DNA from: Thermodesulfobacteriota bacterium
GTDB taxonomy: Bacteria > Desulfobacterota > Desulfobacteria > Desulfobacterales > C00003060
NCBI GenBank assembly: GCA_034189385.1
Contig: JAXHVD010000006.1
Location: 39,559-103,558, forward strand
Reading direction: 5' to 3'
DNA: 64,000 nucleotides
The notes under the pieces are model-generated. The model was given only the letters and a program-made list of their open reading frames with translations. It did not search any database and was not told the DNA's origin. This document shows, one piece after another, positions 17,374-26,181 of the stretch. Positions within the stretch are counted from its first letter, which is position 1; each line of letters begins with the position of its first letter. Both the position numbers and the translations under genes were made by a program.

Positions 17374-18546
17374 TCACAGCAATGCCACCGGGAGTGAATC
17401 CAGTGTTCGGATATTGAGAGTGTATCGCCCTTTATCGCTGAGCGTCAGGAGGTCTTCATCAAGCAGCTTTTTTAAATCCCTCCGGGCGGTTCTTTCACTC
17501 ACGTTTCTGTACAAAACGGCGAATGGGGCATGTTGAAACAGGTCGTTCAGGGTAACCGCGGACCCGCTTTCCAGTAACATAATCAACAAGTCATGCTGTC
17601 GGTGGGTTAGATCTCTTCGGTCTCTTAAGTACGCATAGAAATCTCGGAGTGAAAATTTGCGAATGTAGGACGTAATTCTGTCTTTGAGTTGATTTAACGA
17701 GTCTACGACACCACTCAGAACGAATTGCAGAAAGGTTGTCACATCCTTGTTTTTGTCCTTTCTAGTAATGGAAAACGCTGAAAAATAATCATCGATATTC
17801 CTATAGTAGAAATTAGATAGCATGATGGGAATGTATTTGATTCCTGCGGAACGCATCACCAAAGCCTCAACCAATCTGGCTGTTCTCCCATTTCCATCGC
17901 CGAAAGGGTGTATGAGGGCTAAATGATAGTGAGATAGTGCACCACGTATCAGCGGGTGTAGTTCCACAGTCTCCTTTCTGTTCATCCAGCTTACGTATTC
18001 TTCCATTACAATCTTTATGTCGGGGAAACATTTTGGCGGTGTGTAGACACCACCATGTTCCCTGTCGCCCACTTTGACGAGATGGCTTCGGTATTTCCCA
18101 GGGGCGTTATGTTGGTACGGAATCTGAGTTGTGATAATTCTATGGATTTCTTTTATCAGTTTTTCATCAAACTCAAGTGGGGTATTTGAAACCGGTTGCT
18201 TGGCAACAAAATCGTACGCTACTTTGAGATTATCTATTTCCTGTTCGGCCTGTTGACTCTGCTTCACAAGGGCAGACTGGGATATGATTTCCCCCACTTC
18301 CTCTTCCGTCAAAGGATTGCCTTCCAACGCCGCTGTGCCAAAAATGGATCGACGTATGATCTCCTCTTCCAGCTTTGTTGATAGAGTCGGTAAGATAGGT
18401 AGATCACTGACGGTTCTGTAAAGCACTCTGGCCTCAAGGAAAAGCTCCGAGAGCCCCTTCTGAGAGAATCTCCTACTGAACACAAACTTACCAGATTTGA
18501 GGGTCAGAACCTTTCTTACCTGATTCTTGTCCATCATTTTGTCCAT
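17374..18546 (-). CDS. Fic family protein (class II, N-terminal inhibitory helix, C-terminal wHTH-like region)
   Basis: It has the canonical Fic motif HPFGDGNGRTARL and the inhibitory motif TAALEGN ([ST]xxxE[GN]). The product is 390 aa. Confidence 0.9.
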   Translation of the reverse strand: MDKMMDKNQVRKVLTLKSGKFVFSRRFSQKGLSELFLEARVLYRTVSDLPILPTLSTKLEEEIIRRSIFGTAALEGNPLTEEEVGEIISQSALVKQSQQAEQEIDNLKVAYDFVAKQPVSNTPLEFDEKLIKEIHRIITTQIPYQHNAPGKYRSHLVKVGDREHGGVYTPPKCFPDIKIVMEEYVSWMNRKETVELHPLIRGALSHYHLALIHPFGDGNGRTARLVEALVMRSAGIKYIPIMLSNFYYRNIDDYFSAFSITRKDKNKDVTTFLQFVLSGVVDSLNQLKDRITSYIRKFSLRDFYAYLRDRRDLTHRQHDLLIMLLESGSAVTLNDLFQHAPFAVLYRNVSERTARRDLKKLLDEDLLTLSDKGRYTLNIRTLDSLPVALL

Positions 18547-18840
18547 GGTTTTGTCACAACAAAAATAGCTATTTACAATTAGTTATATATATTTATTGCT
18601 CGATTTTGTCAATGTTTTTGTCCGGCCTGCATGCTTTTGAAAAATATAGCCCGCTTTTTCACCCTAATCCACCGCCGTTGCTAAGATAGAACTGCCACGA
18701 GTCTTGTAGTTGAACCGCTTGACTTTTTGTGCGGGTGAACATAACGGCTGTATAGCAACTTGTTATAATGGATGCATTCTGCAATCGGATGTTGAAAGAG
18801 GGCAGAATGTACCTGGGATGAAACCACCACTTGGGGAAGA

Positions 18841-19222
18841 ATGAAAAAGTCAGACCTGAAAACCATCATCGCCAAAGGAGAAGACAGCCGTCTCCAATTT
18901 CAGTTTCTTATGTTGCAAAGGGGTTGCTCCCTTATCGAGGGCTCGGATCAGGCATCACACGGGCCTTGGAAGCCTGGCCCGAGATGGACTTTGTCGACGA
19001 TCGAGACGGTTGCCTCTTTACAGCAACAGTTCGCCGAAAAATGGGGAAAATGTCGGGGAAAATTTTGGCCGCGTTGAAAGAGAATGGGCATTTGACTATT
19101 CCTGAACTGGCCTCATTGATTGGTGTGACCGAACGTTCCATCGAAAGGAACATAAGAAAACTACAAAAGGAGGGGCTTCTGCGTCGTATCGGCCCGGCCA
19201 AAGGCGGCCATTGGGAGGTTCA
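18841..19222 (+). pseudogene. Remnant of an AlbA_2/HATPase/HTH (RecG-like) regulator gene, internally deleted and frameshifted
   Basis: Frame 1 gives MKKSDLKTIIAKGEDSRLQFQ, an AlbA_2 N-terminal pattern (GES..LEFK). Another frame gives a C-terminal wHTH tail (LTIPELASLIGVTERSIERNIRKLQKEGLLRRIGPAKGGHWEV). The roughly 300 aa expected in between are missing. Confidence 0.55.
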
Positions 19223-19227
19223 CAGTA

Positions 19228-19330
19228 ACATACAACGAAGCCGAAACCCGTTTCTACCTTATTGAGCCAGTCCTTCGTGAAAAGGGCCACGGCGATCATC
19301 AATGGTTGAAGCTGAAAACGCCCGCACCTC
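19228..19330 (+). pseudogene. Start-less fragment resembling the HSDR_N N-terminus of type I restriction R subunits
   Basis: It translates to TYNEAETRFYLIEPVLREKGHGDHQW. The NEAETR..LI.P.L...G pattern is typical of HsdR N-termini. There is no ATG, and the similarity is lost after about 30 aa. Confidence 0.4.
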
Positions 19331-19424
19331 TAATCTGCTTTGACGCGATGAGTGTCAAGACAATTTGCGTAATTTTTCTGTTTTTTAAAATAGCCGCTTG
19401 ACATCGAAGATATTTTTTGCCAGA

Positions 19425-19444
19425 TACTATACAAATGTATAGTA
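19425..19444. promoter_or_regulatory. 20-bp palindromic operator candidate TACTATACA-AA-TGTATAGTA (CTAT-N8-ATAG)
   Basis: Arms of 9+9 bp are perfectly complementary. The palindrome spans the lexA-like ATG (19435) and overlaps the -10/TSS region of a TTGACA (19398..19403) promoter. Confidence 0.5.
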
Positions 19445-20061
19445 CCCGAGTTCTCACGGACAGACAGGCACAAATTTTAGACTTTCTTCAAGATTTCAAG
19501 AATCAGAAGGGAGTGGCACCCACCTATAGGGAGATTTCAGGCCATTTTGGTTTTAGAAGTACCAAAGCAGCCTCTGACCATGTGCGTGCCTTAGAGAAAA
19601 AAGGCTACGTGCGCCTTCACGGGAACCGCTCCCGCAGCATAGAAATAATATCGCTAAAAACTGATTCAATCGGCCAGGTCGTTTCAATACCAATATTGGG
19701 AGCAATCCCAGCTGGAAGGCCCGAGAGAAAAGAAGAAGTTCTGTCGAGTGCCATCTCTGTCGACGAACGAATTCTTGGCAATCGCAAAGGGCATCGGCTA
19801 TTTGCGCTGAAAGTTACAGGCCAATCTATGACGGGACGCAGCGTCTTTGACGGGGATTGGGTTATCGTAGATGCGGATGCGTCTGCCAAAGACGGCGATA
19901 TGGTTGTAGGCTTGATCGACGGCGATACCACACTTAAAACCCTTGCCAAGAAGAACAGACGCTTTTATCTGAAGTCGGAAAATCCAGACTATACGGATTG
20001 GGTCCCCATGGAAGAGATGGCCGTTCAAGGGATTGTGAAGGCCCTTATCAGACGGATATAG
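19435..20061 (+). CDS. lexA: LexA-family repressor (wHTH + S24 autopeptidase)
   Basis: The N-terminus MYSTRVLTDRQAQILDFL...APTYREISGHFGFRSTKAASDHVRALEKKGY parallels E. coli LexA. It has a cleavage-site-like IPAGRP, the Ser in GQSMTG and the Lys in TLKTLAKK. I prefer the ATG at 19435 over the TTG at 19417. Confidence 0.85.
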   Translation: MYSTRVLTDRQAQILDFLQDFKNQKGVAPTYREISGHFGFRSTKAASDHVRALEKKGYVRLHGNRSRSIEIISLKTDSIGQVVSIPILGAIPAGRPERKEEVLSSAISVDERILGNRKGHRLFALKVTGQSMTGRSVFDGDWVIVDADASAKDGDMVVGLIDGDTTLKTLAKKNRRFYLKSENPDYTDWVPMEEMAVQGIVKALIRRI

Positions 20062-20066
20062 AAGCC

Positions 20067-23000
20067 ATGCCCACAGCAACTGCAAAAAAGTCTGATCTCA
20101 TTCAAGCGCACTCGTCTACACCGCCAGGGATGATCTTTTATCCTTCCCTCGAAGCTGCCACGCAAGACCCTGACCTGCTTGGGTATATTTCAGTCATTAA
20201 ACGGGCGTGGTGGGAAATGAAACTGGACGGTGTGTTGTGCCTGGACGGACGCCCCATCTTGTACCTGAAGGAATATTCCCGTCCTTTTCCCACCCGGGAA
20301 AGACTCTTGCAGCAACGGCTTTTCTGGAATCAAGGCGTGGCCAATGTCCTTGTCCTGGCAGACCCAACGTCCGTTCACATTTATTCCGGATTGGCAAGGC
20401 CAGCCAAAGACCATACAGATCAATCAGCGTTGGAAAATATGCTGGTACAACCCCCCCTGGCCCTGACCGATTATGTTCACCTCCTTCAATCCCTGCATCA
20501 CGCGTTGGCCACAGGTCACTACTATGAAACCCATCAAAACCACTTCGACCCACGCCAGGCCGTGGATGCAAGCCTTTTGGATAGTCTCCGGGATTTACGC
20601 AACGCATTGATTCAGGGCGATGACAGAATAGATGACACCCAGAGGGCTCATGCCTTTGTCGGACGTGTGCTCTTCCTCTGTTACCTCCTTGATCGGGAAA
20701 TCTATTCAATCGGCAAATCAAATGGCAACCGCACAGGAACAACGCGCTTTACAGAGTTATTGGAGAAACAACCGGAGCATAAACGAATCGACTTTCTTTA
20801 TAAGGTTTTCTCCGATCTTAAAGAACGATTCAACGGCAATATGTTCGACCAGGATCTGGTTGCCGAGAGGGGTTTGATCAAGCCCTCCCATGTAAATAAG
20901 CTGCTTCTTTTTCTCGGCGGTCACGATGTGAAAAGCGGTCAAGTCTCCTTTTGGCCCTATGACTTTCGAATGATCCCCGTGGAAACCATCAGCGCAGTAT
21001 ATCAGGATTTCCTAAAAACCGAAGACCCTGAAAAACAGCGCAAGCGCGGCGCATTTTATACACCACGTTTTCTGGCGGAAATGGTAGTGGACACGGCCGT
21101 CCGTGAGGACCCAGATGCCCTCGACCGCTCATTTCTCGATCCTGCCTGCGGGTCCGGCATCTTTCTAGTAATTCTGTTTAACCGGATAGCCAATCGATGG
21201 CTGTTGCAAAACAGCCGGGCCCATTACAATACAAAGGTAAATGCATTTCAGGAAATCCTTTCACGTCAAATCCATGGTGTCGATTGGGAGGAGACAGCAT
21301 GTCGTATTGCCTGTTTCAGTCTATATCTGGCTTACCTGGACTTTTTCGATCCACCGCATATCCAGAAATATATCGAGAGAACCGGCCAGCCCCTGCCGAA
21401 ACTGTTAGACTACGGCAATACACTTGATAGACCGGCCGCGGATATCGCCGTTATTTACCAGGCCGATTTTCTTGCCGACGAAACCCTTGCGGAGGATAAA
21501 TTCGATTTTATTGTCGGCAACCCTCCATGGGAGGGCCGCGGAACCAAACAATTGGCCCAAAAATTTATGGAAAAAGCTCCTCAGATGCTTCGAGACGGCG
21601 GCATGGGCTGTTTACTGCTGCCCACTAAAATTCTTCAAAACCAGACGGATGCGTTTCAGGCCCAATGGTTGACCCTGGTAACCCTTGAAGAAGTGCTACA
21701 ATTGGCGGATTACAGCTTTTTGCTTTTCCAGAACGCCTTATGCCCAGCGTTTATTTGTCGCTTCAAGAATGCCTTGCCAAATCGCAACCATCATGTAGTG
21801 AAATTTAGCGCGCCGAAATTCAATCGTGACGGACTCCGCCGGGGAGTTATCAAAATCGATCCATCATCCCGCAAATGGATTCCATTGGCTGACCTTCTCG
21901 CTGCCACTCAACATGAAACCGCTCCTGTCGTGTGGAAACGTCGGCTATGGGGGACGCCACGGGATCAGAAGTTGCTCGATTTGCTTCAAGAGCTACCGTC
22001 GTTAAAGGAACATGTTGATGTGCTCAGTGAGTTGCGAAGGAGAAGACAACCTCAGACCAAAAGATGGGGTATCGGACAGGGACTTAAGCCTTGGCCCAGA
22101 TCAAAAACAGAATCGGATCGTGAACCAAAGCCAATGTCTTGGCCTCTCGACACGGCCTTTCTTGATGCGAAGTCATGGAGCAGCGATCTGCTCGTTTTGA
22201 GTGATGAGACAATTCTTTTGAAAGACCATTTGGAAAAGAAGGAATATCGTACTGATATTTTGTACAGCAATCCCCCGGCAACTTTGTTTACATCGCCAGT
22301 GATATTGGTAAATCAAGGTTTCAGTAAGGTTGCCTTCTGCAATTTCGATGTACTTTTTCAACATTCCCTTCAATCAATTTCTGGTCCTAAGAAGGATGCC
22401 AGGCTCTTGAAGTTCCTGACAGCCTACTTGAGATCAAGGTTAGCCCGATACTTCCTGTTTCATACGTCGGCGAATTGGGGAAGCGAAAGGGATAAAGTGC
22501 ATCTAAACGAGTTGCTTAGAGTTCCCTTTCCTTTGCCCGGAAGCGAATTTGTCTCAACGGAGGCGGATCACATCGTGGCCCATGTGGCAAAAAGATTCGG
22601 AGAGATGGAAACCTCTTTAAAGAGCAGTCTAAATGCATTGAAGAAGAAAATTGATAAGAACGCATTGTTTGACCAAGCTGAAGAGGAGGCATTAAGAACC
22701 TGGCATCGGAAAAGGAAAACGCTTGTCGATAATCTTCAATCTGAGTTTGAGCCACTGATCTATCAATATTTTGGTTTGACCGATCAGGAGATTGCCCTGG
22801 TTGAAGATACGATTGATATCTTTATCCCCAGTGCCACACCAACAACCTGGCGGTCCTCCCGATTGATTACGCTTGATCCATTGGAAAAATCCACGACGTC
22901 GCCTTATGCAGAGAAAGGCCTGGGCGCATACGCAGATACCTTGGCGACAACGTTGAACTCCTGGGCCAAAACAGAAGGATCGCGCCACCGCGTCCGCACC

Positions 23001-23303
23001 GAGGGCGGCACTGACGACGATACGGGCTTGGCCATGGTTACGGTCCACATTACAAAAAAAGAAGTACCATTTAGATACAAGGCTTTGTCCTCAGATCTAT
23101 CCAAGGTTTTGAAGGCCTTACGGGATCGCGTATCACAAGGACAAGGCACTTTGAGATATGAACGCGACATTCTTTTTTTCCAAGGTGAGACAATACATAT
23201 AGTGCGTCCAAACATCCTCTTGAACTGGACGCGCACGGCTGCTTTAAATGATGCGGCCAGGATATATGGCGAAATCGCGATAGCAAGAAGGGAATCGCGA
23301 TGA
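20067..23303 (+). CDS. Large (1078 aa) gamma-class N6-adenine DNA methyltransferase with uncharacterised N-terminal (~340 aa) and C-terminal (~500 aa, TRD-like) regions
   Basis: Motif I is LDPACGSGIFLV and motif IV is FIVGNPPWEGRG, in the order I then IV. The ATG at 20067 lies 5 nt after the lexA-like stop. No intact D..ExK motif is visible in the N-terminal region. Confidence 0.85.
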   Translation: MPTATAKKSDLIQAHSSTPPGMIFYPSLEAATQDPDLLGYISVIKRAWWEMKLDGVLCLDGRPILYLKEYSRPFPTRERLLQQRLFWNQGVANVLVLADPTSVHIYSGLARPAKDHTDQSALENMLVQPPLALTDYVHLLQSLHHALATGHYYETHQNHFDPRQAVDASLLDSLRDLRNALIQGDDRIDDTQRAHAFVGRVLFLCYLLDREIYSIGKSNGNRTGTTRFTELLEKQPEHKRIDFLYKVFSDLKERFNGNMFDQDLVAERGLIKPSHVNKLLLFLGGHDVKSGQVSFWPYDFRMIPVETISAVYQDFLKTEDPEKQRKRGAFYTPRFLAEMVVDTAVREDPDALDRSFLDPACGSGIFLVILFNRIANRWLLQNSRAHYNTKVNAFQEILSRQIHGVDWEETACRIACFSLYLAYLDFFDPPHIQKYIERTGQPLPKLLDYGNTLDRPAADIAVIYQADFLADETLAEDKFDFIVGNPPWEGRGTKQLAQKFMEKAPQMLRDGGMGCLLLPTKILQNQTDAFQAQWLTLVTLEEVLQLADYSFLLFQNALCPAFICRFKNALPNRNHHVVKFSAPKFNRDGLRRGVIKIDPSSRKWIPLADLLAATQHETAPVVWKRRLWGTPRDQKLLDLLQELPSLKEHVDVLSELRRRRQPQTKRWGIGQGLKPWPRSKTESDREPKPMSWPLDTAFLDAKSWSSDLLVLSDETILLKDHLEKKEYRTDILYSNPPATLFTSPVILVNQGFSKVAFCNFDVLFQHSLQSISGPKKDARLLKFLTAYLRSRLARYFLFHTSANWGSERDKVHLNELLRVPFPLPGSEFVSTEADHIVAHVAKRFGEMETSLKSSLNALKKKIDKNALFDQAEEEALRTWHRKRKTLVDNLQSEFEPLIYQYFGLTDQEIALVEDTIDIFIPSATPTTWRSSRLITLDPLEKSTTSPYAEKGLGAYADTLATTLNSWAKTEGSRHRVRTEGGTDDDTGLAMVTVHITKKEVPFRYKALSSDLSKVLKALRDRVSQGQGTLRYERDILFFQGETIHIVRPNILLNWTRTAALNDAARIYGEIAIARRESR

Positions 23304-23929
23304 CGCGTCACCCGGCAGACAAATTCATCCGGCTTTTCCCGAGGGAAGATATTCCTGATGTCTTAAGTTCCTTGCTCGAAGCCAGCAAAAGTCTTCAAAA
23401 GAAGACCGCCCATGACCATGAGAACTGGATTTCAAGGCGTCTTTATGGGCGAGTGAAAAGGCTTTTTCCTTTTCGAAACGGCCCTCTTGATATCTGGCTG
23501 CAACCCGAGATTGTTGGAACTGATTTGGATGAGGACAAAGCATCCGGACAGATTGATTTTCTTGTGTCCCGTGGCCTTGGTGCCGAAGTCTACTTTGCCA
23601 TTGAAGCGAAGCGTTTGAGAGTCCGTCTAACCAGTGGAAAGCTGGATGCTGGTAACGACGACTATGTCAATGAAGGCATGATGCGGTTTATTACCGCGCA
23701 GTATGCACCTTTCATGAATACGGGGGCCATGCTCGGGTATGTTTATGACGGAAACCTACAAAAAGCTCGTTCCGGAGTAGCCGGCTATATCGAGAGGGAG
23801 GCCGCCGCACTTAGTCTTATAGGCCGGTTTGTTCGCTCCTCCATTCTCCCCAAGAAGCCCATTGACGAAACACAACATGCCCTGAAGAATCGTCCTTTCA
23901 CTATCTATCATCTTTTTCTGGCCGTTTAA
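23300..23929 (+). CDS. PD-(D/E)XK nuclease-like protein (209 aa)
   Basis: It carries D86-X15-E102-A-K104 (GQIDFLVSRGLGAEVYFAIEAKRL). An ATGA start/stop overlap with the MTase gene indicates translational coupling. Confidence 0.6.
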   Translation: MTRHPADKFIRLFPREDIPDVLSSLLEASKSLQKKTAHDHENWISRRLYGRVKRLFPFRNGPLDIWLQPEIVGTDLDEDKASGQIDFLVSRGLGAEVYFAIEAKRLRVRLTSGKLDAGNDDYVNEGMMRFITAQYAPFMNTGAMLGYVYDGNLQKARSGVAGYIEREAAALSLIGRFVRSSILPKKPIDETQHALKNRPFTIYHLFLAV

Positions 23930-23941
23930 CGAACGGAAGGT

Positions 23942-24262
23942 ATGGCTCCCGTTCAGATGAACCAGACGCTTCTGACCGTCATCCGCAGCCTGATCTTCTC
24001 GGCCCGCCGCCAGGTGTCACAAGCGGTCAATGCCGGACTCACTATGCTTTACTGGGAAATTGGACGTCGCATCCATAAGGATATCATCGAAGAAAAACGG
24101 GCGGCCTGCGGCAAGGAGATTGTCCCCGCACCGTGGCAACAATTGAATCGGACCCACTTTAAGTCCATGATTCCCATTGGAGATTGCTTCTTGAGACAAT
24201 CTTACGACAAAACTTGCGACATTGAGTTGTTGCCATTTTTTCGATACGAGAACACCAGATAA
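23942..24262 (+). pseudogene. Internally deleted, truncated DUF1016/YhcG-type PD-(D/E)XK nuclease gene
   Basis: The N-terminal pattern AVNAGLTMLYWEIGRRI...GKEIV is joined directly to QQLNRTHFKSMIPIGD. The expected central part and the nuclease core are absent. Confidence 0.55.
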
Positions 24263-24271
24263 AGTAAATCA

Positions 24272-26176
24272 ATGCCGAAAAAGAAAACAGGACTGGATCG
24301 GTTTTCCGATCTGACTTGGAACGACATCGAAGAATGGGCCGGCGGGAAAATTGTCTCCAGGGGCAAGAGTTATCAGCGCCAGGGGCGTGTCTCCGAGCTG
24401 GCTGCAACGGACGACGGTGCCCTGATCGCCTGGGTGAAAGGCACGGAGCGCTATGCCACCAGGGTGATCATGGACGAAGACGGCCTGCCGGATTCGATCT
24501 GCACGTGCCCTTACGAATTCGACTGCAAGCACGGGGTGGCCGTGGTGATCGAGTACCTCAAGCGGGTCGAAAACAACCGGCGCGTTTCCAAAGCAAATCA
24601 GGATGACCGTCGCCTGGAATTGCTGGAAAGTGAAGACTGGGGCGATGAACCGAATGATGACGAAGACGTCGCGCCCGAGGATATACGACAGGATGTCGAC
24701 GGTTTTCTTAAGGGCAAGACCAAAACCCAGCTCATCGACCTAATACATGAGCTTGCAGAGCAGTACCCGGAAATGGCAAGGGACCTCACCGACCGAAGAC
24801 TCTTTGCGTCTGGCGATACAAAGGCGCTGGTGGCACGCTTGCGCGAAGAAATTGACGAGATCACCGAAGAACCCGGCTGGCAGAACTATTGGAAAGGCGA
24901 TGGCTACACGCCCGACTATTCCGGGATCCGTAAAAAGCTCGAGACGCTGCTCAAGGCGGGGCACGCCGACGAGGTGCTGACCCTGGGCCGGGAGCTGATG
25001 ACGACCGGCACCCGTCAAATCGAAGAAAGTCATGACGAAGGGGAAACGGCCATGGAAGTTGCCGGCTGTATGCCCATCATCGTCGACGCCTTGGGCCGGT
25101 CTTCCCTCCCTGGGGCCGACAGGCTGAACTGGGCGCTGGATGCCGTGCTCGAAGATCAATTTGAGGTGTGCGAGGCCTTTGAAGAATATCTCCAACGGCG
25201 GCACCCCAAGTCAGCCTGGCACACGCTTTCAGACAGACTGTTGGCGCGTTTGAATAAGTCTAAAGGGGCCAAGGGCGACACGTTCGGTCGCAACTACGAG
25301 CGTGACCGGATCAGCGACTGGGCCATCCACACCCTGGAACGAGCCGGCCGAAAGGAGGAGATCATTCCCTTATGCGAGGCTGAGGCCCGCCAGACATGCA
25401 GCTATGATCGTGTAGTCAAACGCCTGGTTGAGGCGCGGCGCTATGAAGACGCCGAATATTGGATTCAGGAGGGAATTGCCGCCACAAAAGAAAAATGGCC
25501 CGGCATCGCCGCCGGCCTGCGGGATAGACTGCGGGAAATCCGGACCTCTCAAAAGAACTGGCCTGCCGTGGCGGCGATGCATGTTGAAAAATTCGTGCGC
25601 CACCCCTCACAGCAGGCTTTTACAGAATGCAAGAAGGCCGCCGGCGAGGTCAAGGCCTGGCCCAAGGTGCGCGAAGCCCTATTGCGCTACCTCGAAAAGG
25701 GTGAGCTGCCCTGGGAACAAAAGGGCTGGCCCCTTCCGGAGTCCGACTTGGACCGGCCTGATGCGGATCAGCGCAAGCGGTTTCCCCTGGTTGACGATCT
25801 AATCAACATCGCTATCCTTGAAAAAAAGCCCGACCAGGTGCTGAGATGGTACGATCAGCGTCCTAAAGACCGTTTTGCGTGGTACGGAATGGATGAGGAC
25901 AGAATCGCCACTGCCGTCCAAGGCCACGCGCCAGATCGGGCCGTCCAAATGTGGCAAAACACAGCCGAACGCCTAATCGCCCAGGTCAAACCCAGCGCCT
26001 ACCAGGAGGCGGCCAAGTACCTGCGCAAGGCCGCCAAGGTCATGGGTCAGGAAAAGAAGCTGCCAGAGTGGGAAAGCTATTTGAAAGCGCTGAGAGAGCA
26101 ACACCTACGCAAACGCCGTCTGATGGAAATCTTGGATGGCCTGGACGGAAAACCGATCGTGAAAAAAAGGCGCTGA
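24272..26176 (+). CDS. SWIM zinc-finger protein with long helical-repeat C-terminus (634 aa)
   Basis: It has the SWIM CxCxnCxH motif in ICTCPYEFDCKHGVAV, an acidic linker and TPR/HEAT-like helical composition. Confidence 0.8.
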   Translation: MPKKKTGLDRFSDLTWNDIEEWAGGKIVSRGKSYQRQGRVSELAATDDGALIAWVKGTERYATRVIMDEDGLPDSICTCPYEFDCKHGVAVVIEYLKRVENNRRVSKANQDDRRLELLESEDWGDEPNDDEDVAPEDIRQDVDGFLKGKTKTQLIDLIHELAEQYPEMARDLTDRRLFASGDTKALVARLREEIDEITEEPGWQNYWKGDGYTPDYSGIRKKLETLLKAGHADEVLTLGRELMTTGTRQIEESHDEGETAMEVAGCMPIIVDALGRSSLPGADRLNWALDAVLEDQFEVCEAFEEYLQRRHPKSAWHTLSDRLLARLNKSKGAKGDTFGRNYERDRISDWAIHTLERAGRKEEIIPLCEAEARQTCSYDRVVKRLVEARRYEDAEYWIQEGIAATKEKWPGIAAGLRDRLREIRTSQKNWPAVAAMHVEKFVRHPSQQAFTECKKAAGEVKAWPKVREALLRYLEKGELPWEQKGWPLPESDLDRPDADQRKRFPLVDDLINIAILEKKPDQVLRWYDQRPKDRFAWYGMDEDRIATAVQGHAPDRAVQMWQNTAERLIAQVKPSAYQEAAKYLRKAAKVMGQEKKLPEWESYLKALREQHLRKRRLMEILDGLDGKPIVKKRR

Positions 26177-26181
26177 CAATC

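Noticed and set aside
19417-20066. The TTG start at 19417 for the lexA-like gene, and the ATG at 19998 for the MTase (overlapping lexA by 64 nt).
   Set aside because: The TTG lies upstream of the predicted TSS and adds residues absent from LexA N-termini. The 19998 extension (MGPHGRDGRSRD...) is Arg/Gly-rich and lies in the lexA coding region, while the ATG at 20067 lies 5 nt past the lexA stop.
25951-26181. A 77-aa N-terminal extension of the SWIM-partner gene.
   Set aside because: It overlaps the 3' end of the SWIM gene in a different frame with low-complexity translation. The ATG at 26182 immediately follows the SWIM stop.
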